The notes below the pieces were generated by a model. That model was not told the DNA's origin and searched no databases. It saw only the letters and a program-made list of their open reading frames with translations. A stretch of 64,000 nucleotides of DNA from an uncultured delta proteobacterium (GTDB lineage Bacteria > Myxococcota_A > Polyangia > Fen-1088). A program made the position numbers and the translations under genes. Below are positions 29,343-38,560 of this stretch, piece after piece. How positions within the stretch are numbered: the stretch's first letter is position 1; every line of letters begins with the position of its first letter. The stretch spans positions 6,720-70,719 of the forward strand of contig CAVWUP010000019.1 of the NCBI GenBank assembly GCA_963758155.1, written 5' to 3'.

Positions 29343-30164
29343 AGCGCGGCCCATCCGACGACGACATGCGCGACTCGCGACGCAAGCTCTTGGCAGGGCT
29401 GGCCGCCTCGGCCGCGGGCGCAATGGTGGGTTGCGCGCGCGCGGTGGCTGCAGCCGAGCGCACTGCCGGTTCACGCGGCCGACGGACATCGCCGCCAGTG
29501 GGGCCTGGTCATCGATCTCGACCGCTGCGCCCGTTGTGCCGGGTGCGTGGTGGCTTGCCAGCAAGAGAACAACGTCGCGCCCGCTGGCCCGCGCGTCGCG
29601 GCCCGCACGCGCCCGATCCACTGGATGGATTTTTTGCCGCCCGCGCCGGGAAGCTGTGCCGCCACTCCCATTCCCTGCATGCACTGCCAGGACCCGCCCT
29701 GCGTGAAGGTTTGCCCGGTGGGCGCGACCTACCAGACCGACGAAGGAATCACAGCGCAGGTCTGGGACCGTTGTATTGGCTGTCGCTATTGCATGGTGGC
29801 CTGTCCCTATGCGCGCCGCTATTTCAATTGGAGCGAGCCCGACTGGCCCGGCCAAGATCTGAGCAGCCTCAATCCCGACGTGGCCCCGCGGCCGCGCGGC
29901 GTGGTGGAAAAGTGCACCTTGTGCCACCACCGCATTCGCGCTGCGCTCGAGCGCGCGCGTCTCGACGAGGAACCGCTCACCGACGAAGCCTTGCACCGGC
30001 TGCCGGCTTGCGCCCAGTCCTGTCCGACCCAGGCCATCACTTTCGGTGACTTGGCTGAGCCCACATCCGAGGTGGCACGCCTGGCCGTGAGTCCGCGCGC
30101 CATGCGACTGCTTCCCGAGGCTGGCACGCGGCCCAAGGTCATCTACTTGCGGGAGAGCACGTGA
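29339..30164 (+). CDS. 4Fe-4S ferredoxin-type electron-transfer subunit (NrfC/PsrB/QrcC/ActB2-like) with an apparent +1 frame discontinuity near 29465-29490
   Basis: Frame 2 from ATG 29339 gives a TAT-type signal MKRGPSDDDMRDSRRKLLAGLAASAAGAMVGCARAVAAAER. Frame 0 from ~29487 gives HRRQWGLVIDLDRCARCAGCVVAC plus three more Cys clusters (CMHCQDPPCVKVCP, CIGCRYCMVACP, CTLCHHRIRA...C). Frame 0 has no start codon before the first ferredoxin motif. Confidence 0.7.
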
Positions 30165-31603
30165 AGGTTCGACAATCCCTTTTGCTTCTCACGGCGCTGT
30201 TCACCGTCGGCGCCTACGCCTGGGTTCAGCAGGTCCTTCAGGGCGGCGATGTGGTCATGGACCTGCACACCATCGGGGCGGGCGGCGTGGCGTGGGGCTT
30301 GTATGTCGTGGGCGATGGCTTCTTCGCCAGCACGGCGCTGGCCATCTTGGCCGTGGCGTGCGTGTTGCGCGTGCTGCGACTGCGGGGCATGGAAAACGTC
30401 TCGCGGATGGCGCTGTCTCTCGGGATCGCGGGCCTCGTGGCCTCGCTCGGCTGCGTGCTGGCTGATCTCGGCCGCCCGGAGGCCGCCATAATGAATCTGC
30501 CGCTGGTGGGGCGCCCACGCTCGCCGTTCTTCGGGACCTTCACCGCGGTGGCAGGCGCGTCGCTCTTCGCGACGGTGGTGCACCTGGCGCTGACCAGCCG
30601 GCCGGCCTGGGCACAGCGGGCACAAAAAGGCGAGCGATGGGCGTGGGTGTGGCGGCTGCTGGCCTGCGGCTGGCACGAGACGGCGTCGGCGAAACAGCGT
30701 CGAGAGAGCGTCGACTTCTGGCTGTCGCTTGTCCTGCTGCCCTTTCTGTTGGCTGGCCTTGTGATTTTGGGGATCGTGTTTGGCGTGAGGGCTGCACGTC
30801 CGACGTGGCAAAGCGTATTCGAAGTTGTCACCTTCGTCGTGTCAGGGGGCGCGGCTGGGTGCAGTCTGTTGTTGCTGGCTGCGCACGGGTCCGGGCGGGC
30901 AAGCGTGTTCACGGCGCGCATGCTGGCGGTGTTCATTGGCGTGAGCGCGCTTCTCGTGGTCACGGGACAGATCCTGGCGCTGCGTACACCATATTTGTCC
31001 GTACATCGCTACGCACGGGCGCTGCTCGACGGGCCGTGGAGCAGGCTGTTCTGGGCGGAGGTGATTCTTCTCTTTTTGGCGGGGATCGTGAGTCTGGCCA
31101 TGGCCTGGCGGAAGAAGGTCCCATTGATTTTGGCGGCAACAACCGCACTGCTGGTGTGCGCGGCCGTGGCGCTTGAACGTTTTCTGGTGTTGGTGGCCTG
31201 GCAGACGCACGGTCTGGGGCTGTCTTGGCCGGCTGGCAAGTACAACCCGACATCGATCGAATGGTCGGTGCTGGTCGGGGTAGCAGCCGGATCTGCGCTC
31301 GTCTTTCTGTTTCTGATCAAGGTTTGTCGCGCCGAAACCGGCGACGCGGCCGAGCCCGCCAGCCCCGAGCCCGCTGGCCGCCGACTTCGCTGGCTCGTCA
31401 CCGTGGCCTGCCTGATTCTGGGCTTCGCCGTCGCCGCTTCGGGTTTGGCATTGTCCGCCGGTTTCGCCAGCGCGCCATTCCTCGATCCGATCTTGCCCGG
31501 CGGCCCGCTGGTTTTCCTCGCCGGTCTGTTCCTGATGGGCCTGGCCGCAGTCGCCTACGAACTGATTCCGGATGGGGAAGTCGCTAGCGGCGCCAAGATC
31601 TGA
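30161..31603 (+). CDS. NrfD/PsrC-family polytopic membrane quinone-interacting subunit (ActC/QrcD-like)
   Basis: GTG 30161 overlaps the FeS gene stop (GTGA). A 480-aa protein with about 10-12 TM segments and the usual position in Mo/FeS/NrfD operons. Confidence 0.8.
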   Translation: MKVRQSLLLLTALFTVGAYAWVQQVLQGGDVVMDLHTIGAGGVAWGLYVVGDGFFASTALAILAVACVLRVLRLRGMENVSRMALSLGIAGLVASLGCVLADLGRPEAAIMNLPLVGRPRSPFFGTFTAVAGASLFATVVHLALTSRPAWAQRAQKGERWAWVWRLLACGWHETASAKQRRESVDFWLSLVLLPFLLAGLVILGIVFGVRAARPTWQSVFEVVTFVVSGGAAGCSLLLLAAHGSGRASVFTARMLAVFIGVSALLVVTGQILALRTPYLSVHRYARALLDGPWSRLFWAEVILLFLAGIVSLAMAWRKKVPLILAATTALLVCAAVALERFLVLVAWQTHGLGLSWPAGKYNPTSIEWSVLVGVAAGSALVFLFLIKVCRAETGDAAEPASPEPAGRRLRWLVTVACLILGFAVAASGLALSAGFASAPFLDPILPGGPLVFLAGLFLMGLAAVAYELIPDGEVASGAKI

Positions 31604-31716
31604 GCCTCACGAGGTCACCCTGCTTGATGCTCTTGACGGTCCCCTTGAGCTGGTTTCTTGCGCTGATGGTCATGCTGGCTGCCATTCCTTGAAGAGTGTC
31701 GAAGCACACGCGCCCG

Positions 31717-32934
31717 TCACCGCGCTCGGATCTCGCCGACCTGCTGCCCTGATTCGTGCGTGATGTACCCGCCCACGGTGTCGAGTTCGCGCCGAAAAGT
31801 TCTGCCGCCCAGCATATCGACCAGGCGCTCGACTCTCGGGTCGGTCGCCAAGGTACGGGGGATCACGAGGTCGAAGCGTTCCACGGCGAGCGGAATGAAT
31901 CCCAGCCCAAAGGCCGCCGCAGCGCTGCGAATGGCGATTCCCGCGTCGGCTGCGCCCATGGCAATCGCTTGTGCGACCTCCATGTGTCCAAGGGCCACGC
32001 CCGCGCTGCCGGGCACGGATGCGGGAGGTACTTTTCTTGATCTCATCGCTTGTTCGAGCAGCTTGTTCGCTCCTGCGCCGGGCTCGCGTTGGATCAGGCG
32101 GATTCTACGATGGATAAGATCTTCCGCGCCTCGGATTCCCAGCGGATTGCCAGGTCGAACGACGATTCCCTGTTCCCAGGATGCGAAGTTGACGAACAGC
32201 ATCGCGCGGCCTGGCAGCGCGCGCCGAACGAACGGGATATTGAATTCCTTCGTCGCCTCGTCGCACAGGTGAAGGCCGGCGACATGGACCTCGCCTCGCG
32301 CGAGGGCCTCGAGCGCGGCCATGCTTGAGCCTTGAACCCAGGAGATGTGAATCCCTGCCGGCTCCTGGCCGAGCCTTGCCGCCAGCATCCCCAGCGCCGG
32401 CGCGCATCCCATGACGACCAGTCGCCGGCGGACAGTCTCGATGTCACCCAGGGGCTCGACTCGCACCGTTCGCGGGCTGGCACGGCGCCGTGGCCAAGGA
32501 ACCACCAGGCCATCGGCGGCGCGGGAAGATGACTCGCTGCGCCGCGGGTCGATGGGATGCGCGATCAAGCGCCCGTCTATCTCGGCCAGGGAAACCCGGG
32601 GGCTGTTCGACTCAAACGCCCAGAGGCTTTCAGCCAAAGTTGCATCGAGCGGCTCCGGCGGAACGTTGAGACAAAAGAGAGACTCGATCCGACAGCCGAG
32701 AACATGGGCGAGGCGGAGTGCAACGTCGGTGCCAGGGACCACGCGGCCACTCTCCAAGCCGCACAGACTTTGTCGTGACAGGCCGACCTTCTTCGCGAGC
32801 TGAAGCTGGCTCAGCCCGCGGGCCAGCCGGAACTCCTTCAGCGAGGAGCGAAGCGCGGGAGGCCTGACCGCGGGGCATGTGTCGCGCCGACCTGACACCA
32901 AGTCAAAGATGCTTGCGCCGTGGCGAAACGTCAA
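31717..32934 (-). CDS. transcriptional regulator with N-terminal XRE-type HTH and C-terminal periplasmic-binding-protein-like (PBP-like, TunR/ModE-like oxyanion-sensing) domain
   Basis: HTH LKEFRLARGLSQLQLAKKVGLSRQSLCGLESGRVVPGTDVALRLAHVLGCRIESLF. The C-terminal domain resembles ModA-like binding folds. It is convergent with the Mo-enzyme operon. Confidence 0.7.
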   Translation of the reverse strand: MTFRHGASIFDLVSGRRDTCPAVRPPALRSSLKEFRLARGLSQLQLAKKVGLSRQSLCGLESGRVVPGTDVALRLAHVLGCRIESLFCLNVPPEPLDATLAESLWAFESNSPRVSLAEIDGRLIAHPIDPRRSESSSRAADGLVVPWPRRRASPRTVRVEPLGDIETVRRRLVVMGCAPALGMLAARLGQEPAGIHISWVQGSSMAALEALARGEVHVAGLHLCDEATKEFNIPFVRRALPGRAMLFVNFASWEQGIVVRPGNPLGIRGAEDLIHRRIRLIQREPGAGANKLLEQAMRSRKVPPASVPGSAGVALGHMEVAQAIAMGAADAGIAIRSAAAAFGLGFIPLAVERFDLVIPRTLATDPRVERLVDMLGGRTFRRELDTVGGYITHESGQQVGEIRAR

Positions 32935-33115
32935 CTACTTTTGTTAGCACAGACTTGGCACCATGCCCCGGGTTGCAACGTTTGGGACGAAAGATGAGCC
33001 GCCTCGGTGGATTCCCGTCACTACAAGGGAGAGGCTTCCACCCGAGACTTGACCCACCCGGCACTCAGCCATGAATAGGTTCGGTCAGCCGTCCGCTTGC
33101 TAGAAGGAGTATTTC

Positions 33116-34885
33116 ATGAAGAACCAACGACGGGATTTCCTCAAGATCACGGCCGCGGGGGCGGCGGGATTGGCGCTGGCACGAGCGGACAAAGTATTCG
33201 CGGCATGGCCGACCACCGGCACCTTGGCGGTGAATCCCACCATCGACAACATGCGCGTCGTGGCCTGCGTCGACACGAAGATGCTGAAGACCGCCCTGAC
33301 CTCGATGACCTTCGCCGCGGAAAACGCGGCTGTTGACACGGCCCGCGTGCAGGCGAACATGGACGCCATGGCCATGCAACTGGCCAACCAGACCACCGCC
33401 GATGCGGCGTGGAAAGCCATTTTCAGGTCAAGCAAGGCGTGGAATGCCACGAAGGTCGCCATCAAGATAAATACAATTGAGCCCAAGAACCAGGCACGCA
33501 TAGCGGTCGTTCAGAAATTCTGTGAGCTCTTCTTGGGCTTTGGCGTGCTGCCGGCAAACATCATCGTCTATGACGGAAATACGACCTATGCCAAGCAGAT
33601 GGTCACTGATTACTCTCCGTATTTCAGCCTGACCGACACCACCAAGATCCAGGCCGTGGTCAGCAGTTTCAATGATTCACTGGGGGGCACGATAAACGCT
33701 GCCATTCCGGGCGGGAATCCCGCAACCGCGGCCTGCACTGCGGACATCGCCAATGGCACGATCGACATTCTGGTCAACATCGCAAACAACAAGGGCCACA
33801 CTGAAATGGGTGGGGCCACGCTGAGCATGAAGAACCACTTTGGCACTTTTGCTCCCAATCACGGTGCCAGCCCGGCCTATATCTTCAACATCAACAAGAG
33901 CGACGCCATTCTCGGGGGAACCCCCGTGCGGCAGCAATTGTGCTTTATCGATTCGATCGTCGCCAACAAGGCCTCGAATACGGGAACTCCAGAAGTGGCG
34001 CCCTGCTATCTCATCATGGGCGTGTTCGGTCCCGCGGTGGACTATCTGACCGTCAAGAAGGTCCGCGAGGCGGTCATGAATTGCACCCATGATGAGACGA
34101 TCATCAGCTCGTACATGACGACCTTCGGGTACGCGACAACCGACCCGGTGTGGGTTGTGGCGCCGCCCGCTGATGGCACAACCAGCGCCGATGCAGGCGC
34201 AGGCGGGGCAGGAGGCTCGGGCGGCGCGGGCGGCAGTGGCGGGACCAGCGGATCCGGCGGAGCGAGCGGTGGCGGGAGCAGCGGGGCCGGAGGAACGCGC
34301 ACCGGCGGGACCAGTGGGTCTGCCGGCGCCAGTGGCGGCGGGACCAGCGGGAGCGGGGGAGCACGCCCTGGCGGATCCAGCGGGTCGGGCGGCGCAGGCA
34401 ATGGCGGCAACAGCGCGACCGGTGGTGCGAGCGCAGGCGGCGGCAGCAGCGCGACCGGCGGTGCGACCGCAGGCGGCGGCGGCAGTGGGGCTGGAGGCGT
34501 GGCCAGCGGCGGGACGAGCGCGCCGGGGAGCACAGGCAGCGGAGGTGCCATTGCCACCGGCGGCGCGAACGCCAGCTCTGGCGCGTCGGGCGGCGGTGCC
34601 GGCGGCGGCGCCACCAGCGCTCCGCTGGCGTCCGGGGGCTCGACCGCGACAGGCGGGACGAAGGCCGCGGGCGGGACGACGGTGAGCGCGCTGGGCGGCA
34701 GTGGCGGCAGCCGCGAAACTGCCGGGGCGGGCACGACCAATGTCACCGGCGGCAACTCGTCAGGCGGCTGCAGTGTGGCCGGCGCCGAGAGCAGGACCAC
34801 CCGCTGGGGGGCGATGCTGGCGCTCGGCACAGTGGTGGCGGCCAAACTTCGGCGTCTGGTGGGCGGCGACGATCAGTCGTCGTGA
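33116..34885 (+). CDS. TAT-signal secreted protein of unknown function (possibly DUF362-like) with a long Gly/Ser/Ala linker and a MYXO-CTERM-type C-terminal anchor
   Basis: MKNQRRDFLKITAAGAAGLALARA twin-arginine signal. A ~330-aa globular domain is followed by a ~190-aa (S/T)GG(A/S)G repeat region. The C-terminus is GGCSVAGAE...AMLALGTVVAAKLRRLVGG. Confidence 0.65.
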   Translation: MKNQRRDFLKITAAGAAGLALARADKVFAAWPTTGTLAVNPTIDNMRVVACVDTKMLKTALTSMTFAAENAAVDTARVQANMDAMAMQLANQTTADAAWKAIFRSSKAWNATKVAIKINTIEPKNQARIAVVQKFCELFLGFGVLPANIIVYDGNTTYAKQMVTDYSPYFSLTDTTKIQAVVSSFNDSLGGTINAAIPGGNPATAACTADIANGTIDILVNIANNKGHTEMGGATLSMKNHFGTFAPNHGASPAYIFNINKSDAILGGTPVRQQLCFIDSIVANKASNTGTPEVAPCYLIMGVFGPAVDYLTVKKVREAVMNCTHDETIISSYMTTFGYATTDPVWVVAPPADGTTSADAGAGGAGGSGGAGGSGGTSGSGGASGGGSSGAGGTRTGGTSGSAGASGGGTSGSGGARPGGSSGSGGAGNGGNSATGGASAGGGSSATGGATAGGGGSGAGGVASGGTSAPGSTGSGGAIATGGANASSGASGGGAGGGATSAPLASGGSTATGGTKAAGGTTVSALGGSGGSRETAGAGTTNVTGGNSSGGCSVAGAESRTTRWGAMLALGTVVAAKLRRLVGGDDQSS

Positions 34886-35051
34886 CGGGCTCAAGTAGGC
34901 GGCGGGAGAAGCCAGGGTGTTTGACGGATTTCCGTTGGGCGTCCTGGGAACTCCTGCGGTATCCGCCTGCCAGCCAGGATTCTTGCCGTGGCCCGGAGGT
35001 CGTCGTCTGTTAGTATCCGTGTCAATCTCTGACGTTCAAAGGATCATTCCC

Positions 35052-35621
35052 ATGCAAATCAGAACCTCGATCGCTTTCTTTGTTTTTGGATGTCTGTTCT
35101 TGGTTGCAGGCAGCTCAGGCTGCGGCAGCAGTCCCAGCAGCCCCGCCGTCGATCCGGCGGCCTTTGCCAAGAAATACAAAATTGCCGACAATCAAATTCA
35201 GAACTGGACGCAGGATCCGAGCACGGATCCAAGCGCCAACTGGAGCGGCACGGACCTGGTTTCGTCGGGGATCGACGGCGGCAACGAGCGCTATGACAGC
35301 AGGGGGTTCAAGCAGGGACTGTTCCAGACTCTCGATGGTCCGAGTCAGCAACAATGCAACTTCCGCGCGATGGATTTCGGCACCGATGCCAACGCCACCA
35401 CCATGTTCACGTATTCTGTGCAGGGCGCTGGTGCCACTGTTCCCGTTCCACCTTTCGACATATCGGTTGCGGCTGGGGAGGCGGTGATGGGTGGCGCCAC
35501 GGTGTTTGCCCATTTCAAGGCATCGTACTTCGAGGTGTACATGACAGGGTATGCTGATACCGCTTCGGCAATCGCAGACTCAGCGCCATTCCTGACAGTG
35601 TTTCAGACAGATACCAACTAG
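35052..35621 (+). CDS. hypothetical lipoprotein
   Basis: ATG 35052 follows AAAGGA. The signal MQIRTSIAFFVFGCLFLVAGSSGC has a lipobox. Confidence 0.5.
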   Translation: MQIRTSIAFFVFGCLFLVAGSSGCGSSPSSPAVDPAAFAKKYKIADNQIQNWTQDPSTDPSANWSGTDLVSSGIDGGNERYDSRGFKQGLFQTLDGPSQQQCNFRAMDFGTDANATTMFTYSVQGAGATVPVPPFDISVAAGEAVMGGATVFAHFKASYFEVYMTGYADTASAIADSAPFLTVFQTDTN

Positions 35622-35762
35622 GAAGACGCACAATCGGGCTGCGCCGAACGGGCGGCCGTCAGGCGGACAAACCATGGCCCGAGAGGCGCGGGTGGAACCG
35701 CGGGGTAGCGACGCGGTAGCCAGCGGGTAAACTTTGCTACACTCCCGTCGCGTCAGGTTGAC

Positions 35763-36930
35763 ATGACGGCTGGGTTCGGGAATGCTTCCGGCATGGACAC
35801 CCGGGTTCGAACCGCGGTCAAGGCCATGCGGCTTAGGCTCGAGATGCAGCAGCGGGATTTGGCCAAGGCTGTTGCCGTCAGTCGACAGACGCTCAGTTCG
35901 ATCGAGGCGGGCGAGACGGTTCCATCCACGCAGATCGCCCTGGCGCTGGCGCGCGAGCTGCGCTGCCGAGTAGAGGATCTCTTCAGTCTGCGTGGCGATG
36001 GACAGGTGCTCGAAGCCGAGTTCGTGCCTGAGGCGGATCGCAGTCCCGGCGATGGGCACAAGACGCGGGTGTCGCTGGGCTGGGTGGGTGAGCGCTGGGT
36101 CGCACGCTTGCTGGAAACCGACGAGGCTTTGGCGCTTGGCACTCCGGCCGACGGAATCGCGACGCTGTCAAAGGGAAAGGGCAAGTGGACCAAGCGCGCG
36201 TCCGTCCCCTTCGCGATCTGGAATCTCTTCATCGCAATCTTCTGGTCGCGGGCTGCGATCCCGCGCTCGGCTTGCTGGGGCGCCATCTGGAGGAGCGTTT
36301 CCACGGTCCTCGGTTGCATTGGATCGAGAAGGCAAGTCGGCCCGCGCTGGAGGAACTGGCGTTGGGGCGGGTGCACTTCGCCGGGATGCACCTTCTGGGC
36401 GAGGGCGGGGTGGGCGAGAACGTGGTTGCCGTTCGTGAAAGGTTTGGCAGCGAGCCCATGGTGCTGGTGACGCTGGCTTCATGGGAACAGGGCTTCGTCA
36501 GTCGGCCGGGATATCGGTACAAGAGCGCGGCGGACTTGGAACGGAAAGGCACGCGTGTAATCGCGCGAGAAGCGGGCGCGGGCGCGCAGGAGCTGCTGGA
36601 AAGCGTCTGTTTCGCAAGGCGGGCCGAAAGTTCAAGAACGTGGCGCCGGTGGCGATGGCGCGCGGGCATCGCGCGGTGGCGCAGATGGTGGCCATGGGGG
36701 TGGGCGACGTCGGCGTGGCCACGCGCTCGGCGGCGGCGAGCTTTGGCTTGCACTTCGAGCCGCTGGCAGAGGCTTGCTTTGATTTGGTCTTTCCGGCGGC
36801 GCTCGCCTCGGACGGTCGCGTGCAGGCGTTGCTCGATTGTCTGTCTGATGGGCGTTTTCGCCAGGATCTGGGGGGCATGACCGGCTATCGAACCGTACGC
36901 ACAGGACAGGCTTTCACAGGGCGCACAAGC
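35763..36930 (+). pseudogene. frame-disrupted paralog of the HTH-XRE + PBP-like regulator at 31717-32934
   Basis: Homology to the intact regulator continues across three reading frames. The HTH part is in frame 0 (35763-~36200), the middle part in frame 2 (~36200-36600) and the C-terminal part in frame 1 (~36600-36930). The junctions fall in GC-rich/homopolymer tracts. Confidence 0.55.
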
Positions 36931-37732
36931 ATGAATCGTCGCGGGCTCGTTCTCGCAGGCATGGTGGCCGTCTGTCTCAATGCACGCCGTTCCTTGCAAT
37001 GCAGCGCGCGAGGCAAGTCGAGCGCAGGAACTGGTGGTGTTTGCGGCGGCATCGCTGCGTGAGGTCTTTCAGAGCGTCGCACTGATTTTCGAGAAGCAAC
37101 ACCCGAATACGAAGGTCCGTTTCAACTTCGCGGGCAGCCAGGACCTACGCGTGCAGATCGAGCAAGGCGCCAAGGTTGACGTGTTCGCCTCGGCCGACTG
37201 GAAGCACATGAAGCTTCTGGCAACCCAGAAACTGGTCAGCGGCCCCGCGGTCTTTGCGCGCAATTTGCCGGTGTTGGTCGTGCCCAAGAACAACCCCGCC
37301 CAGGTGCGCAGCTTTGCGGATCTACCAACAGTCGCGCACCTGGTGATCGGCGCGCCCGAGGTGCCGATCGGTGCCTACACTGAAACGATTTTCGCAGCGG
37401 CGGAAAAGCTTTACGGCAAGGCCTTCCACGAACGGATCCTGGCGCGGGTGCGCTCGCGCGAGCTGAATGTGCGCCAGGTATTGACCAAGGTCGCGCTGGG
37501 CGAGGCCGACGCGGGCATCGTGTACAAGACCGATGCGCTGACCATGCCCGACAAGGTCCAGATCATCGAGATTCCCACTGAGATCAACCTGGTGGCCGAG
37601 TATCCCATCGCGGTCTTGAGCGCGGCGCCTCACTCCGAGCAGGCGCGCGCGTTCGTGAAACTGGTCTTGTCCAAGGAAGGGCAGAAGACGTTGGCCGCGG
37701 CGGGCTTCAGCAAAGTCGACGGAGCGAAGTGA
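36931..37732 (+). CDS. modA: molybdate/tungstate ABC transporter periplasmic substrate-binding protein ModA (signal peptide and mature domain in different frames)
   Basis: The mature domain carries ModA motifs ELVVFAAASL, VDVFASAD, GEADAGIVYKTDA and YPIAVLSAAPHSEQARAFVKLVLS. The signal peptide MNRRGLVLAGMVAVCL starts at ATG 36931 and is in another frame, so there is a +1 discontinuity near 36990-37020. Confidence 0.75.
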
Positions 37733-37747
37733 GGCAAGCGACTTCTT

Positions 37748-38560
37748 ATGCCAGAAGTCGTCGTCTCTACGACGCGGCCATGGTCGGGACTGGGCGGCGT
37801 GCTGTTGCTGTTTCTCGTGCTGCCCTTCGTGGCCCTGGTTTTCGATGGCGGACCCGAGGCCATCTGGCGCGGTCTCGGCTGCTCTTTGACCTGGCCCGCA
37901 CTGCGACTCAGCCTTGGGACGACGCTGGTATCGGTTGTGCTGGTGGTCGTGGGAGGCACGCCGCTGGCTTGGTGGCTGGCGCGTTCGCGCTGGCGTTCGG
38001 CGCGTTGGCTGGAGATCCTATTGCAGCTTCCGGTGGTGATTCCGCCGGCGGTGGGCGGCATCGCGCTGCTGCTGGCGTTTGGTCGGCGCGGGCTGTTTGG
38101 CGGAACCCTGGAGCGTCTCGGCTGGACGCCGGCCTTCAGCGCCGTCGCAGTTGTCATGGCCCAGGTCTTCGTGTCGGCCCCGTTCTACTTGCAAGCTGCG
38201 GTACAGGCCTTTGGCCCGTTGAACCCCAATTTGCTGGCCGTGGCGCGCAGCCTGGGCGCTTCGCCGCCGCGCCTGCTTTTGCGGGTGGCCTTGCCCCTGG
38301 CGCGCCCCTGGCTGATTGGTGGGGCCGCCATGAGCTGGGCACGCGCATTGGGGGAATTCGGTGCCACCTTGATGTTCGCCGGGAACATGACGGGCAAGAC
38401 CCAGACTCTGCCCCTGGCCATTTACACCGCATTGGAACTCGACATTCACACCGCGCAGGCCTTGTCGCTCTTATTGGTTTCGTTTGCCTTTGCCCTGTTG
38501 CTCTTTCTCCGGCGCTTTAATCGCGATCCCGAGGTCGCGCGCAGGCTGGCCACGCAATGA
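37748..38560 (+). CDS. modB: molybdate ABC transporter permease ModB
   Basis: CysTW-family signature RSLGASPPRLLLRVALPLARPWLIGGAAMSWARALGEFGATLMFAGN, with six TM segments. Confidence 0.85.
   Translation: MPEVVVSTTRPWSGLGGVLLLFLVLPFVALVFDGGPEAIWRGLGCSLTWPALRLSLGTTLVSVVLVVVGGTPLAWWLARSRWRSARWLEILLQLPVVIPPAVGGIALLLAFGRRGLFGGTLERLGWTPAFSAVAVVMAQVFVSAPFYLQAAVQAFGPLNPNLLAVARSLGASPPRLLLRVALPLARPWLIGGAAMSWARALGEFGATLMFAGNMTGKTQTLPLAIYTALELDIHTAQALSLLLVSFAFALLLFLRRFNRDPEVARRLATQ

Noticed and set aside
29087-30049. 320-aa ORF covering the FeS-subunit region in frame 2
   Set aside because: Only its first ~45 codons after ATG 29339 (the TAT signal) are meaningful. The rest is Arg-rich nonsense, while frame 0 carries four ferredoxin Cys clusters. 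It is interpreted as a frameshifted single gene.
31604-31716. Searched for a rho-independent terminator between the convergent NrfD-like and regulator genes
   Set aside because: No GC-rich hairpin followed by a T-tract was found. High-GC myxobacteria rarely show canonical intrinsic terminators.
36481-37062. 193-aa ORF read as one protein
   Set aside because: It is a chimera of the regulator paralog C-terminus, the modA signal peptide (MNRRGLVLAGMVAVCL) and out-of-frame translation of the modA mature domain. It was split into the pseudogene and modA.
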